NCBI GenBank assembly: GCA_965277715.1
Contig: OZ255836.1
Location: 1,760,001 to 1,824,000 of the forward strand
Reading direction: 5' to 3'
Source of the DNA: Gammaproteobacteria bacterium
GTDB lineage: Bacteria > Pseudomonadota > Gammaproteobacteria > JBCCGL01
Length of the DNA: 64,000 nt
The notes under the pieces are model-generated. The model saw only the letters and a program-made list of their open reading frames with translations. It had not been told where the DNA came from and made no database searches. A program made the position numbers and the translations under genes. Below, one piece after another: positions 29,785 to 40,338 of the stretch (the first letter of the stretch is position 1; every line of letters starts with the position of its first letter).

Positions 29785-30558
29785 TATCATCGCTTTTCTC
29801 TGGTATGCGCCAACTCTAGATGACGAAGTGCTTTGGATTGAAGTGCTTTAATTTCATCAAGCGTTGTATCATCCAGATAAGTTAGGAGTTCCAGTATTCT
29901 TGTTTTATTCATTTTCTGTCTCTGGTAATAAGAAACAGAAAATTCCCCAATAGGGCATTTCTGCCCTGTTGGGTGAAGAGGAACGCCAGAAGTGGCGTCC
30001 CAGTAGTGGGTAAAATAGTTGTTATGCTGTGGCCTGATCTGCAACGGGTACACTGGTTGATTGTGTAATAGCTGTAGGTTGCTGATACATTAATGATTAA
30101 AAACAGCAAAACATAGTAATCCCCAGAGGGACACAGTATTTCCCCCAGGAAGTGAAAACCACACATGTGGTCATTGTTGAAGATAGAGGATAATAATTTA
30201 TTCGATGAATAAATTATTGCTGATTCTTGCAACCTTTAATATCAGCGCAACGTAAAAATACGTCAGGTAAAACTTGTCAAAAATAAATTAATAAAAATCT
30301 AGTCGTTTTTTTATATGCTGTCAATTTATTTTTCTAGTTTTTTTCTCTGTTGAATGATTTTCTAATGATTGGGTCAGCAAGGTATCCGTCAGTAGTCGCG
30401 GTTGTTCGGGTACAACTTTCGCACTTAAATCACCACTAATAATACCATCCGGTAATTTTCCTATCACCTCTCCCGCAGTGTTTGCTTTAGCATTACCTTG
30501 CTTAATATCCTCATGCCGAGCGCCTGTTTCGTGATAGCCACTGATAGCGCTAAACCCG

Positions 30559-31312
30559 TCATGGGTGTACCACTAGAATTCTACCAGGAAGCTGATAACA
30601 CAATGAATAACACCTGAAAAGAGTCGCCATAAGCTACAAATAGTATTTTTTATAATATTTGTACTGTTTTTTTACAAACTAATAACAAGCTTTATAATTC
30701 ATAAAATAAATAAAATTATCCAAAAAAAACTTGCGTTCACCAGTATAATTTTTTTTTTAAAAATACCCATTTAATATCTGATTAAATGGGCAAAAGGTTC
30801 AATTTTATATTGTTAAATACCGCGACCCAGAAACAGGTCAATTACATCAATTTATTTCAACGCTACCAGAGTCAATTAACCCAGGCACTATTGCTATGCT
30901 CTATTACAAGCGTTGGACGATAGAAAAATCATTCAACAATAGCAAAAGTGATTTCACCGAAAGAAAAGCCTGGTCTTCAAACCTGAATGCGCTGAACAGT
31001 CAAATGCGTTTTACTGCCATGGCCTATAATATCATGCGTATTTTTGAAGAAATATCAAAAACAAAGAACCTGGAATGTATTCATCCATCTGATAAAAAAT
31101 ACACTAAAATGCTTGATAAGAGACAACAAATTGCCCAGAAAAAAGGCGGCTTTGTTAATCCATTGTTTTTTTACGCTAGAATTACCCGTATATGCTCATT
31201 CACCATCCGCTCTCTGCAAAATGCAATAATGACAAGAAAGTCCCTTAGAACTATTATGCATAGCTTAGGGAGGCATTTAAAACCTCGACAGTCAGGAATT
31301 TTGGAACACTGA
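30559..31312 (+). mobile_element. Internally deleted IS4-like derivative, copy 1
   Basis: LYYKRWTIEKSFNNSK (YREK motif). Near-identical to 38830-39412 apart from an extra internal segment. Confidence 0.75.
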
Positions 31313-31501
31313 TGGCTGATGGTTATACCCATCAACCTACTCAGTGCACCACCCATTCAATTGATACTCAACCAATTTCGATAAGGGGATGTAGATGCAT
31401 TTTTGATAGTGTTTTTGGTTTTTCACAAAAGAATAATGCGCCATTATTTTTAGGTGTATTTCTTCCACGGTGAACCTAATGAGCGCTAAAAACGAATGTG
31501 T

Positions 31502-33049
31502 CTATTGTGCTCTCATCATTACTTCTGGCAAACGAATATCGAAGCGATTGCGCAATTCTGCGTCAAGTGCTGCCGAAATATGCTGCGGATAGTGGGCTTG
31601 TAAAATCTCCCGGGTATGCTCAATGGCGACTTGACGAATATCCTTACTGCCATCTGCCTGCCATTCCTTGATGCTGCGCCGGTCACCGATTTGTGGATAG
31701 ATAAAATCTGTCTGCATCCGCTCAAGTGTCTCAGTTCGCCCGAGAAAATGGCCTTCTCCTTGCGCTACTTCTTCGATTGCCTTTAGGGCCAGGGTTTCTG
31801 CGCTGACTTCAATCTTTGTCAATGACTTCATAATAATACCCAGCATATCGTTATCGATAACGTAACTCTCCAGCGCACACCCCATTAAGCTGGCCTGCAT
31901 ACCACTGGCTTGAGTGATTAAATTGCAACCTGCCTGGGCTGCCAGGGTCACGGTCAGGCTTTTTTCATAGCCGCTTTGCGCGTCGGCAATTTTGCTGTCG
32001 GTGGCACCGGCGATAACCGAATTGGGTAGGCGGTAGTAGTTTGCCATTTGCACGCTGGCTGCTGTCGCGACTGCACCCTCGGCGCTGCCGCCACTCATTG
32101 CGCCGGTGCGCAGGTCGGTCAGCATCGGTCGCGTACCGAAGATTACTTTCGCCTCTGGGTCGAGCAGCCAGGCGAATATCATGCCCGATAGCGTCTCGGC
32201 GATGGTTTGTGCAATCGACCCGGCCATTGTCACCGGGCTGGATGCACCCATCTGGCCAAATGTGTTGGCATGTAGCGGAATACCGAAACGCACCGCCTCG
32301 GCGGCAATTTCGCAGGATTCGGCGTCAAATCGCAGCGGTGGCAACGTCAGGTTGCAATTCAGTGATAGAAACGGGCGCGCCAGGAAAGCTTCGCGTGAAC
32401 CGGCAATGGTGTAACACATAGCGGCGATTTCCTCGACATGGGTCGCTGCTGAGGCGGCGGCAAAGACGTGTTTTTGAGTGCCCGTCAGGCAGGCATAGGT
32501 GGTATTAATATCGAGGGTTTTCATGTCCGGCATATCGCCCGCAACCAGCGAACGACTAAAGAAGTGGATGTTGTCGAGGCTATCGACGAGGCGTGCGGCA
32601 TCGTATAAGTCACGCAGGGTTGAATCGCGATAGCGACCGCTGTCCAGGTCGAGTATCAGCGGTGCTGCCCCACCCGAACCCGCGTGTACCCGCGCCCGGC
32701 CAAGCTGCATATCGTAAGCTGGATGTTGCCCGCAGAGCGGAAAATTGCGCGGTAACCCATTTAACGCTTTTTCGATCAATTCGGGAGAAAAGTGCAAGCG
32801 CCGGTTAGCGTCGAGACTGCCGCCTGCCGCAGTGACATGCTCAATGACAATATCCGGTGACCCGGCCATACCGACATCAGACAGAATCGAGCGTACCGCC
32901 TGATCGATACAGGGCAAATCGTCGGCGCTAAACGGCTGGTACTGCCCGCCGATGGCACCTCTCATCGATGGGTGAGTGGCACGCGATTGTGCGGCGGCTG
33001 AACCTTGCCGACGTCGCTTTCTTGTGTTTCGCGCTCTAATTTCGCTCAT
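31502..33049 (-). CDS. MttB-superfamily (trimethylamine methyltransferase) protein, non-pyrrolysine
   Basis: R.STLRDL, GASSPVTMAG, DLRTGAMSGGS, TDSKIADAQSGYE, GEGHFLG; no amber codon. Confidence 0.9.
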   Translation of the reverse strand: MSEIRARNTRKRRRQGSAAAQSRATHPSMRGAIGGQYQPFSADDLPCIDQAVRSILSDVGMAGSPDIVIEHVTAAGGSLDANRRLHFSPELIEKALNGLPRNFPLCGQHPAYDMQLGRARVHAGSGGAAPLILDLDSGRYRDSTLRDLYDAARLVDSLDNIHFFSRSLVAGDMPDMKTLDINTTYACLTGTQKHVFAAASAATHVEEIAAMCYTIAGSREAFLARPFLSLNCNLTLPPLRFDAESCEIAAEAVRFGIPLHANTFGQMGASSPVTMAGSIAQTIAETLSGMIFAWLLDPEAKVIFGTRPMLTDLRTGAMSGGSAEGAVATAASVQMANYYRLPNSVIAGATDSKIADAQSGYEKSLTVTLAAQAGCNLITQASGMQASLMGCALESYVIDNDMLGIIMKSLTKIEVSAETLALKAIEEVAQGEGHFLGRTETLERMQTDFIYPQIGDRRSIKEWQADGSKDIRQVAIEHTREILQAHYPQHISAALDAELRNRFDIRLPEVMMRAQ

Positions 33050-33087
33050 ACATATTCCGTGCAGTGAATATTTACAGACGCCATTGA

Positions 33088-34053
33088 TTAGCGGACGTAC
33101 TTACGTCGATCGCGCATACGCTCTTTGTGCACCTGTAGAGAAGCTTCACTACCATCGTGCCAACTGCCAAAAACCTTATCAAAAGGGGCCGGTGTACTGC
33201 CGTAGTTTAAATTGAAATACTGATGGTGTAGCTGGTGATACCAGTCCCCGGTTTTGAGTTGTAACCTGCCGAGATTCAGGTAGTCGAAGCCAGCGTGCGA
33301 CAAGGCTGGATTCAATCCCTGGTAAAACCCTGTGAGGATAATGATGATTGGGTGAACCGGCAAAAACCACCACAACACAAAGGGCGAAAAATACAATAGG
33401 TGTTCAATCGGGTGCATCGATATGCCGCTCCAGGGGCCAATATCAACGTTGCGGTGGTGCAATTTGTGAACGTGTTTATAAACCTTCGGCCAGTGCAGCG
33501 CACGGTGCACAAAATAAAAATTGGTCGTCGACCAGAGGAATAACAGATAGATACAAGCAATAAAGTACCACGGGTTATCGATCACCGGTAGATGGCCGCT
33601 GGCATACACCCAATAGCTGATTGCCTCGAATGCAGTCCAGACACTAACACCGCTGACAATGCTCCAGAACATATTGTCGCGAACCTGGTTATTCCATAGA
33701 AACAATGTGTTACTGGTTGATAGGTGGCGACGGTTCATTTGGTATTGCGATCCCTGAGTACGGCGTTTGTGCAGATGCCAGTGCAAGCCGCCCGCAAGCA
33801 GGCAAAGGAAGGCGCAGTTACGCAGCCACAACAATGCTATCCAACCGGGCTCCAGGTTTGCCATGGTTTCAAGGTGTGGTGTGAGAAACCACCAGGTCGG
33901 AAACGCCAGGGCGAGGTAGAAAAACCCCCACGGATAGAGCATACCAGTAAACAGGTAACGCAGTGCTGCCAGTGGTCGCGGTGGCCATGCGTAGATCGGC
34001 GGTACTTCGATGGTTTTTGGTTGGTATTTTTGCCCGGTTTCGGCATTAGGCAT
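33088..34053 (-). CDS. Sterol desaturase / fatty acid hydroxylase family
   Basis: His boxes HRALH, HKLHH, HQLHH; SMHPIE; NYG. Confidence 0.9.
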   Translation of the reverse strand: MPNAETGQKYQPKTIEVPPIYAWPPRPLAALRYLFTGMLYPWGFFYLALAFPTWWFLTPHLETMANLEPGWIALLWLRNCAFLCLLAGGLHWHLHKRRTQGSQYQMNRRHLSTSNTLFLWNNQVRDNMFWSIVSGVSVWTAFEAISYWVYASGHLPVIDNPWYFIACIYLLFLWSTTNFYFVHRALHWPKVYKHVHKLHHRNVDIGPWSGISMHPIEHLLYFSPFVLWWFLPVHPIIIILTGFYQGLNPALSHAGFDYLNLGRLQLKTGDWYHQLHHQYFNLNYGSTPAPFDKVFGSWHDGSEASLQVHKERMRDRRKYVR

Positions 34054-34087
34054 AGCGCACCTCAGTTATTTTGAACGCAGCGGCGTT

Positions 34088-35164
34088 TCACGGTTGCCGT
34101 GTTACCGCTGTCTGGAAGGTATCTTTTACTGTGCGAGTGTGCAGGGCGAGAATTTGTCGCCAGGTTTCCTCCGGTATGGAGACGGTGCCATTTGATTGCG
34201 CCCGGTATGCGCGCTCGCGCTCACCTGGGATTTCGACCCGGTCGAACCCCAGGGCGGGTGGGCACTGGCGTAACTCTTCCAGTACGCTTTCTACTGCTGC
34301 CTGCATCGCAGAGGGCTCACGAAAGCGCCGGGTGTCCAGCGTAATCAACAGCCAGTTGCCTTCTGTTGTCGATGGGCCGAGCATAGCTTCACCGATCAGT
34401 TCACCGACCAGGGCCAAAGCGTAACCCTTTTGCCCACCAGCCGGCAGGATGGCACCGCCGTTGAAGTAATCTTCCGGTTTGCGGGTTGGCTTGCCCTGGG
34501 CGTCGATAACACAGCCTTCTGGTAACAGAGCGCCCGCGCTGCGCGCTGCATAAATCCATCCGCCAGCGATTTTCGATGTGGCAAAATCCATAACCACCGG
34601 CCCATGTTCACCACCTGGAATGCCAGCGCACCAGGGGTTGGTGGGTAATAGGCCGTTTGCGCCGCCGTGCGGGGCCACCTGGCGCCAGTTCTGGCGGTTG
34701 CCGCCACCGGTACACAGGGTTAGAAATCCCTGTTCAGCCGCATTGTCGGCAAAGGCGCCATGCCGACCCGTGTGGCCGACATGACGGATTGCCAGGGCAG
34801 ATATGCCCGTTTCTGCTGCCATCGCCATGCCGTGTTGGTAGGCCAGGTGCATGGCGGGAATACCGATGCCACCGCCGCCATCGACTTCCTGTGTACCGCG
34901 TGCCGTCGTGACAACGTGCGGCTCGGCAGATGGCACCATATAGCCATTCTGAAACTGTTCTGCATACTGTAGCGTACGCATCAGTCCGTGGCTTTCCATA
35001 CCACAGAGGCTGGTGTCGGCCAGGTGCTCAGCGACTATTCGTGCGGTATTTTCGCTGCAACCCAGCGCAACAAAGATGTCAGTTGCGGTTTCGACCGCCG
35101 CTGCCGCATCAATCTTTAAACGATTACCGCACAAGGTGAGCTTTGAACGCACTTCAAGTGGCAT
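34088..35164 (-). CDS. Ldh_2 family oxidoreductase (malate/L-lactate/ureidoglycolate dehydrogenase-like)
   Basis: ESHGL, HTGRHG, TNPW, MDFATS, GQKGYALA, IPGERE. Confidence 0.9.
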   Translation of the reverse strand: MPLEVRSKLTLCGNRLKIDAAAAVETATDIFVALGCSENTARIVAEHLADTSLCGMESHGLMRTLQYAEQFQNGYMVPSAEPHVVTTARGTQEVDGGGGIGIPAMHLAYQHGMAMAAETGISALAIRHVGHTGRHGAFADNAAEQGFLTLCTGGGNRQNWRQVAPHGGANGLLPTNPWCAGIPGGEHGPVVMDFATSKIAGGWIYAARSAGALLPEGCVIDAQGKPTRKPEDYFNGGAILPAGGQKGYALALVGELIGEAMLGPSTTEGNWLLITLDTRRFREPSAMQAAVESVLEELRQCPPALGFDRVEIPGERERAYRAQSNGTVSIPEETWRQILALHTRTVKDTFQTAVTRQP

Positions 35165-35278
35165 GAAAGTTTCTTATGTTGAATTAATTTTACGGGTATT
35201 CAAAATTGCTACCACCCCGCAACACAGCGAGGGTTATAAGCAATAACCCGGTATAAGTGCTCACAAGGGTAAGGGCAC

Positions 35279-36469
35279 TTACTGCTGTGTCACCACCGGC
35301 ATAATACGCGGTGCGCGCCGGGTGAGTAATTCGCACCCCGTCTCTGTAATCACCAGGTTTTCCTCGTGTACCAACATTTTTCCCGGTGCGTATTCCATAC
35401 CAGGCTCAATGGTCATTATCATGCCCGGCTTGAGTACGGTGTTGTCACTGGGCATATTGGAAGGCGGTTCGGTGAGGTGCATACCGAGGCCGTGCCCGGA
35501 GCGACCAACGTTGTTGCCCGCCGCAGCGCCTGCGGCTTCGAGCACGCGGTTTTGCGCCGCCCATAAATCGGCGGAGGTGATGCCAGGGCGGGCGGCATCA
35601 ATGCCCGCCTGAGTGGCATCCCACACGGCTTCATGGGCGCGCTGGGCCGCATCGCTTATGTGGCCAAAGGCAAAGTTGCGGTCAAAGTCGCAAAAGTAGC
35701 TGTCGAAGGTGATGCCGGTATCGATGAACATGATTTGCCCATCGGTTTGCGCGGTCTCCTGTGGGCCGACGATGATCTGGCTGTACCCCCCCTGCCCGGA
35801 GCAAACGGAGACAAAGGGGGTGCTATCGGCACCGCATTGGTGCGCGGCCATGCGAAAGTCGCGGGCGATATCGACCTCGGTATCGCCGTAGTTGACGTGT
35901 GTTAAAAACAAGTCGAAAGCATCACTGCCTATGCGGCAGGCTTCGCGTACTTTGGCAATTTCACGCGGGGATTTCACCATCCGCAATGACCAGATCAGCG
36001 GTGAAGCGTCGATAAATTCGATGCCGGTGGTTATCTTGCGCAACCGATCAAAATCGATGATCGGCATACGCACAATGGATTCGCGACCCATTTCCCAGCC
36101 TATACGGGCAAAGCGCCCCGGTAGTTCACTGAGTACCTGTTTGAGCAGGCTGACGCCGTCGTCTTGTGGGCAGGGGGCTGGCCAGGTGCGGATGTCGCTA
36201 ACCCAGGTGGTCTCCATCGCCGGGCCACCAATGCTGGGTATCACCGCAATCGGCTTGCCCTCTCGCGGTACTACCAGAAAAAAAGGCCGTGTGGGGCTTT
36301 CCCAGAACTGCGAGTTAAACCCGGAGAAGTAGCGGAAGTTTTGTGGCATGGTGAGTACCAGGCCATCCATTTCACTGTCGTGCATGGATGCCTGTGCGGC
36401 TGCCACGCGCGCTGCAAATTCTTCGGTGGGGAAACCCCGTGGTGGGGTGGGGTGTTGGGTCATGGTCAA
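35279..36469 (-). CDS. M24 (Xaa-Pro peptidase / creatinase / ectoine hydrolase-like) family hydrolase
   Basis: R.VKSPREI, DTG, YFCDFDR, GHGLGM, TIEPG, HEEN. Confidence 0.88.
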   Translation of the reverse strand: MTMTQHPTPPRGFPTEEFAARVAAAQASMHDSEMDGLVLTMPQNFRYFSGFNSQFWESPTRPFFLVVPREGKPIAVIPSIGGPAMETTWVSDIRTWPAPCPQDDGVSLLKQVLSELPGRFARIGWEMGRESIVRMPIIDFDRLRKITTGIEFIDASPLIWSLRMVKSPREIAKVREACRIGSDAFDLFLTHVNYGDTEVDIARDFRMAAHQCGADSTPFVSVCSGQGGYSQIIVGPQETAQTDGQIMFIDTGITFDSYFCDFDRNFAFGHISDAAQRAHEAVWDATQAGIDAARPGITSADLWAAQNRVLEAAGAAAGNNVGRSGHGLGMHLTEPPSNMPSDNTVLKPGMIMTIEPGMEYAPGKMLVHEENLVITETGCELLTRRAPRIMPVVTQQ

Positions 36470-36506
36470 TTCACTCCAGGGAGGGTTTTATCTGTTTTCC
36501 GGGTGA

Positions 36507-36816
36507 TTATAATCCAGTAGGCCAGCGTCTACAGGCTCCATATCCACATAATTGGCGATCACTTTGCCACTGTACCCAGAAATTGGATGGCTGCGATTCA
36601 CACCGTAGCGGCGCATAAACCCTGCGCAGTCGGCGGCCTGCCCGATTTGTTGTGATGGCGCGGGTAAAACCATCCAGGTCGCTGCTGTCGGCCCGCCAAA
36701 AGGCGCTGGGGTAGTCGCCGATTATGCCACGGACTACGGTGAGGTAGTCTTCACCGGGGAGGCGGGTGCCCTCTTCGGACAACAGGCTGGTGATATTGCT
36801 GTGCGCCAGGTTACGC
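36507..36816 (-). pseudogene. Frameshifted C-terminal remnant of a fatty acid cis/trans isomerase
   Basis: NLAHSNITSLL.EE..RLP.ED.LTVV.G..GDYP.AF, continuing in other frames as RYGV.RSHP and NFW. Confidence 0.65.
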
Positions 36817-36842
36817 TATGATCGAAAAAAACGGGCGAAAAA

Positions 36843-37625
36843 ATGCGAACACTTGAATGTTATTTAGCGGGGCGGGTCGCGCTGGTCACGGGTGGTTTTA
36901 ATGGCATTGGCAAGGCCATTTGCAGTGCATTGGTCGAGCGGGGGGCGGCGATTGCCGTCGGGGCGCGCACGGTTGATACGGGGTTTGTCGATGCACTGCG
37001 TGCTCAAGGGGTGAATGTCTTTGCCAAATCACTGGATGTCTGTAGCCCGCAAAGCGTTGACGACTATATGGCCGGGGTGGGTGATGCGCTTGGCCCGGTG
37101 GATATTCTGGTTAACTCGGCGGGTATCAGTACCAGCCATGTTGTCAGTGGTCACCCTGAAGATACCTGGCATAAGGTTATTGAGACGAATTTATCCGGGC
37201 CTTTTCGCCTGATTCGCGCCTGCCTGCCAGGCATGATTGCGCGCCGCTGGGGGCGGGTGATTAATATCGGCTCGACCGCTGCCCGCGCCGCCATGCCCGA
37301 TTCAGCAGCGTATTGCGCCTCCAAAGCGGGGTTGTTGGGCTTAAGCCGTGCGGTGGCATTGGAGGGGGCACCACACCGGGTGAGCTGTGTGATGCTCAGC
37401 CCCACCTGGGTGGAGACGGATATGTTGCAATCCATCATGGCTGAAACGGCACAGAAAAAGGGCAACACAACAGAGGAGGAGATTCAGTATGCGCTGTCTA
37501 CTATGCCGCAAAAACGGTTTGTCCAGCCGGTTGAGGTCGCCGCGATGGCGGCATTTTTGTGTCGGGAAGAGGCGTTGGGTATTACAATGGAGGATATACA
37601 GGTCAATGCGGGGGCGTATTGGTAA
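36843..37625 (+). CDS. Short-chain dehydrogenase/reductase
   Basis: TGGFNGIG, LVNSAG, YCASK. Confidence 0.92.
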   Translation: MRTLECYLAGRVALVTGGFNGIGKAICSALVERGAAIAVGARTVDTGFVDALRAQGVNVFAKSLDVCSPQSVDDYMAGVGDALGPVDILVNSAGISTSHVVSGHPEDTWHKVIETNLSGPFRLIRACLPGMIARRWGRVINIGSTAARAAMPDSAAYCASKAGLLGLSRAVALEGAPHRVSCVMLSPTWVETDMLQSIMAETAQKKGNTTEEEIQYALSTMPQKRFVQPVEVAAMAAFLCREEALGITMEDIQVNAGAYW

Positions 37626-37682
37626 ATCGCGCCCGTTAGTCTCCTAAATAAATCAAATTGACATAAAGCAGGTTTTAAATAA

Positions 37683-38300
37683 ATGATTTCAGCTCAGGAT
37701 GCGCTTGCACGATTGCAGGCAGGTAACCGCCGGTTTGTCGCCGAAACCCGATGCCCCGATGCGACCAGGAACCAGGTTCACAGTAACCGCCAGGTGACTG
37801 ATCAGCGACCATTTGCGGTAATTTTGGGGTGTTCTGATTCCCGCGTGCCCATCGAGATTGTGTTTGATCAGGGGTTTGGGGATTTGTTTGTGATTCGGGT
37901 GGCGGGCAATATTGTGGCGCCTTCTCAGGTGGGGAGTGTCGAATTTGCCGCTGAGTTATTCAATACGCAGTTGGTGGTTGTGTTGGGTCATACGCACTGT
38001 GGTGCGGTCTGTGCTGCGCTGGATGAGGTTCAGCATAAGTCGGTGTATTCCTCGCAGAATATCCGCGCTATTGTTAGTCGCATCCGTCCGTCTGTGGAGG
38101 GGTTGGTGTCGACCGGGTACGAACAGGATAGGGCGGTTTTGATGCAGCAGGCAGTGCGTGCCAATGTGCGCGTGGCTGTCGATCATTTGCGTCACGGCTC
38201 CGCTATTTTGGAGGGTTTGATTGGGAAGAAAAAGTTGCAGGTGGTTGGGGCGGAGTATTCGCTGGAAACGGGGGAGGTGGATTTTTTTGATGGGGTATAG
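37683..38300 (+). CDS. Beta-class carbonic anhydrase
   Basis: GCSDSRVP, GDLFVIRVAGN, LGHTHCGA. Confidence 0.93.
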   Translation: MISAQDALARLQAGNRRFVAETRCPDATRNQVHSNRQVTDQRPFAVILGCSDSRVPIEIVFDQGFGDLFVIRVAGNIVAPSQVGSVEFAAELFNTQLVVVLGHTHCGAVCAALDEVQHKSVYSSQNIRAIVSRIRPSVEGLVSTGYEQDRAVLMQQAVRANVRVAVDHLRHGSAILEGLIGKKKLQVVGAEYSLETGEVDFFDGV

Positions 38301-38335
38301 TATAGGCCGTCATTATCAATGACCACTATCTACAG

Positions 38336-38833
38336 CTAATTTGCTCTACTTGAAAAAGTGAGGCCAGTACTTCCAATGCAGAAATGAGCCTGAAGTATCG
38401 GGTAAGTAAGTCCCGGTCTTGAGGCGTTCATGGCGTTGACTGGCATCGCCGCCAACACATGTGACAGGCTGGCAAAGTCCAGGATAAAGCCGGTACCGAG
38501 CAAAGCCCAGTCCATACCGCGCTGATCAGTTAGGATTTGCCCGCCAGGTTTCAAGCACGTCAAATAGTTTTCTATCATGCAATAGAAGTGGTACTGGCAA
38601 CAGGCGAAGGAAGCAGGATTATTATCCACCACATAATCATATGTATTGCTGCCAAAATATTGGGTAAATTTACGGTGGTATTTGTTTGTTAGTACAACAC
38701 GGTACCGTGGTAGATTTAAGGTTTGCGCATGATCTAACTCCTGCTGATTGACAGTTACACCGTCTATGCGATGGCCCGCTGCGTAAAAGGTTTTTGCTAG
38801 TTCTGAATTGCCTATACCAACGTGTAAGATCAT
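38336..38833 (-). pseudogene. Class I SAM-methyltransferase-like fragment, 5' end replaced by an IS derivative
   Basis: ILHVGIGNS, YDYVVD, CLKPGGQIL; the upstream codons lie inside the IS repeat. Confidence 0.55.
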
Positions 38834-39412
38834 GGGTGTACCACTAGAATCCTGCCAGGAAGCTAATAACGCAATGAATAACACCTGACAAGAGCCGCCA
38901 TAAGTTACAAATAGTACTTTTTATAATATTTGTACTGTTTTTTTACAAACTGATAGCAAGTTTTATAATTCAGAAAAATAAATAAAATTATCCAAAAAAA
39001 CACTTTCATTCATTGGACGATAGAAAAATCATTCAACAATAGTAAAAGTGATTTCACCGAAAGAAAAGCCTGGTCGTCAAACCTGAATGCGCTGAACAGT
39101 CAAATGCGTTTTACTGCTATGGCCTATAATATCATGCGTATTTTTGAAGAAACATCAAAAACAAAGAGCCTGGAATGTATTCATCCATCTGATAAAAAAT
39201 ACACTAAAATGCTTGATAAGAGACAAGAAATTACCCAGAAAAAAGGCGGCTTTGTTAATCCATTGTTTTTTTACGCTAGAATTACCCGTATATGCTCATT
39301 CACTATCCGCTCTCTGCAAAATGCAATAATGACAAGAAAATCCCTTAGAACTATTATGCATAGCTTAGTGAGGCATTTAAAACCTCGACAGTCAGGAATT
39401 TTGGAACACTGA
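38830..39412 (+). mobile_element. Internally deleted IS4-like derivative, copy 2
   Basis: Matches about 30559-30730 and 30913-31312; lacks roughly 170-180 bp present in copy 1. Confidence 0.75.
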
Positions 39413-39601
39413 GGCAATATTCTCAACGCTACCCTGCTGATTTTCAGTGCCGGTTTAATCGATGGCTTTCCCTTGAAGATATACTCCGCCGTTTTTACAC
39501 GGGTTTCCAGGTAAGATCTGGGTGCTCACTTCGCTACTGTTTTTTTACCCTATAAGTTATATATTATGTGCGTTCCAGTAACGCAAATAGGCGGGTTAAA
39601 A

Positions 39602-40264
39602 ATGTTATCGACAGTGGCGCGGTTAGTTGTTCTTTTTCTGTGGTTTTCGGCGTCATCAGCCGTGATAGCGGAAAGTGTAGACGATTTGGTAAGCGATATT
39701 TCACGCTATTTCACACCACGTGATTTTATCTCAAATGATAACGGTAGCCTGCGTTTAAGCGTGCGCGGTGGGCGGTATATGTTTATGGAGGGAACGATTA
39801 ACAGTAGTACGCCAGGTGCCATGGCGCGTTTGTTCGAGCGCAATCCCGGTGTCGAAGTGATTGTAATGACCAACGTTCCCGGTTCGGCTGATGATGAGGC
39901 GAACCTCTATATCTCACTGGTTATACATGAGCTGGGGTTGTGGACTTACGTGCCTTCTCAGGGTGAAATCGCCTCAGGTGGTACGGATATGTTCCTGGCA
40001 GGTGAACGGCGTATTCTGCACCCGGATTCGCGGGTTGGCGTGCACAGTTTTTCTTTTGACGATGACGATGGCAATCCTGTCAGTGGTGCCGATCTTCCAC
40101 TCGATGACGAAATACATCAGTTTTATCTCGATTATTACCGGGATATCGGTATCGATGAGGATTTTTACTGGTTCACTTTGCGGGCGGCATCGGCGGACGA
40201 TATCCACTATCTCACTGCCACGGAAAAGAAACGTTACCACCTATATACGGATTTGCACCGGTAG
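39602..40264 (+). CDS. Exported ClpP/crotonase-like hypothetical protein (COG3904-like)
   Basis: Signal peptide; VPGSADDEANL, IASGGTDMFLAG, VGVHS, FYWFTL.AA. Confidence 0.6.
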   Translation: MLSTVARLVVLFLWFSASSAVIAESVDDLVSDISRYFTPRDFISNDNGSLRLSVRGGRYMFMEGTINSSTPGAMARLFERNPGVEVIVMTNVPGSADDEANLYISLVIHELGLWTYVPSQGEIASGGTDMFLAGERRILHPDSRVGVHSFSFDDDDGNPVSGADLPLDDEIHQFYLDYYRDIGIDEDFYWFTLRAASADDIHYLTATEKKRYHLYTDLHR

Positions 40265-40338
40265 AGTGAGTGCGCGGTTTTACGTCTTTTGAGCGAGCGG
40301 TAAGGCTATACCAATGAGCGGCAACGGTTTATGTGGTT

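Noticed and set aside
31502-33049. Pyrrolysine-containing MttB
   Set aside because: Both MttB paralogs are uninterrupted, and no pyl genes are present.
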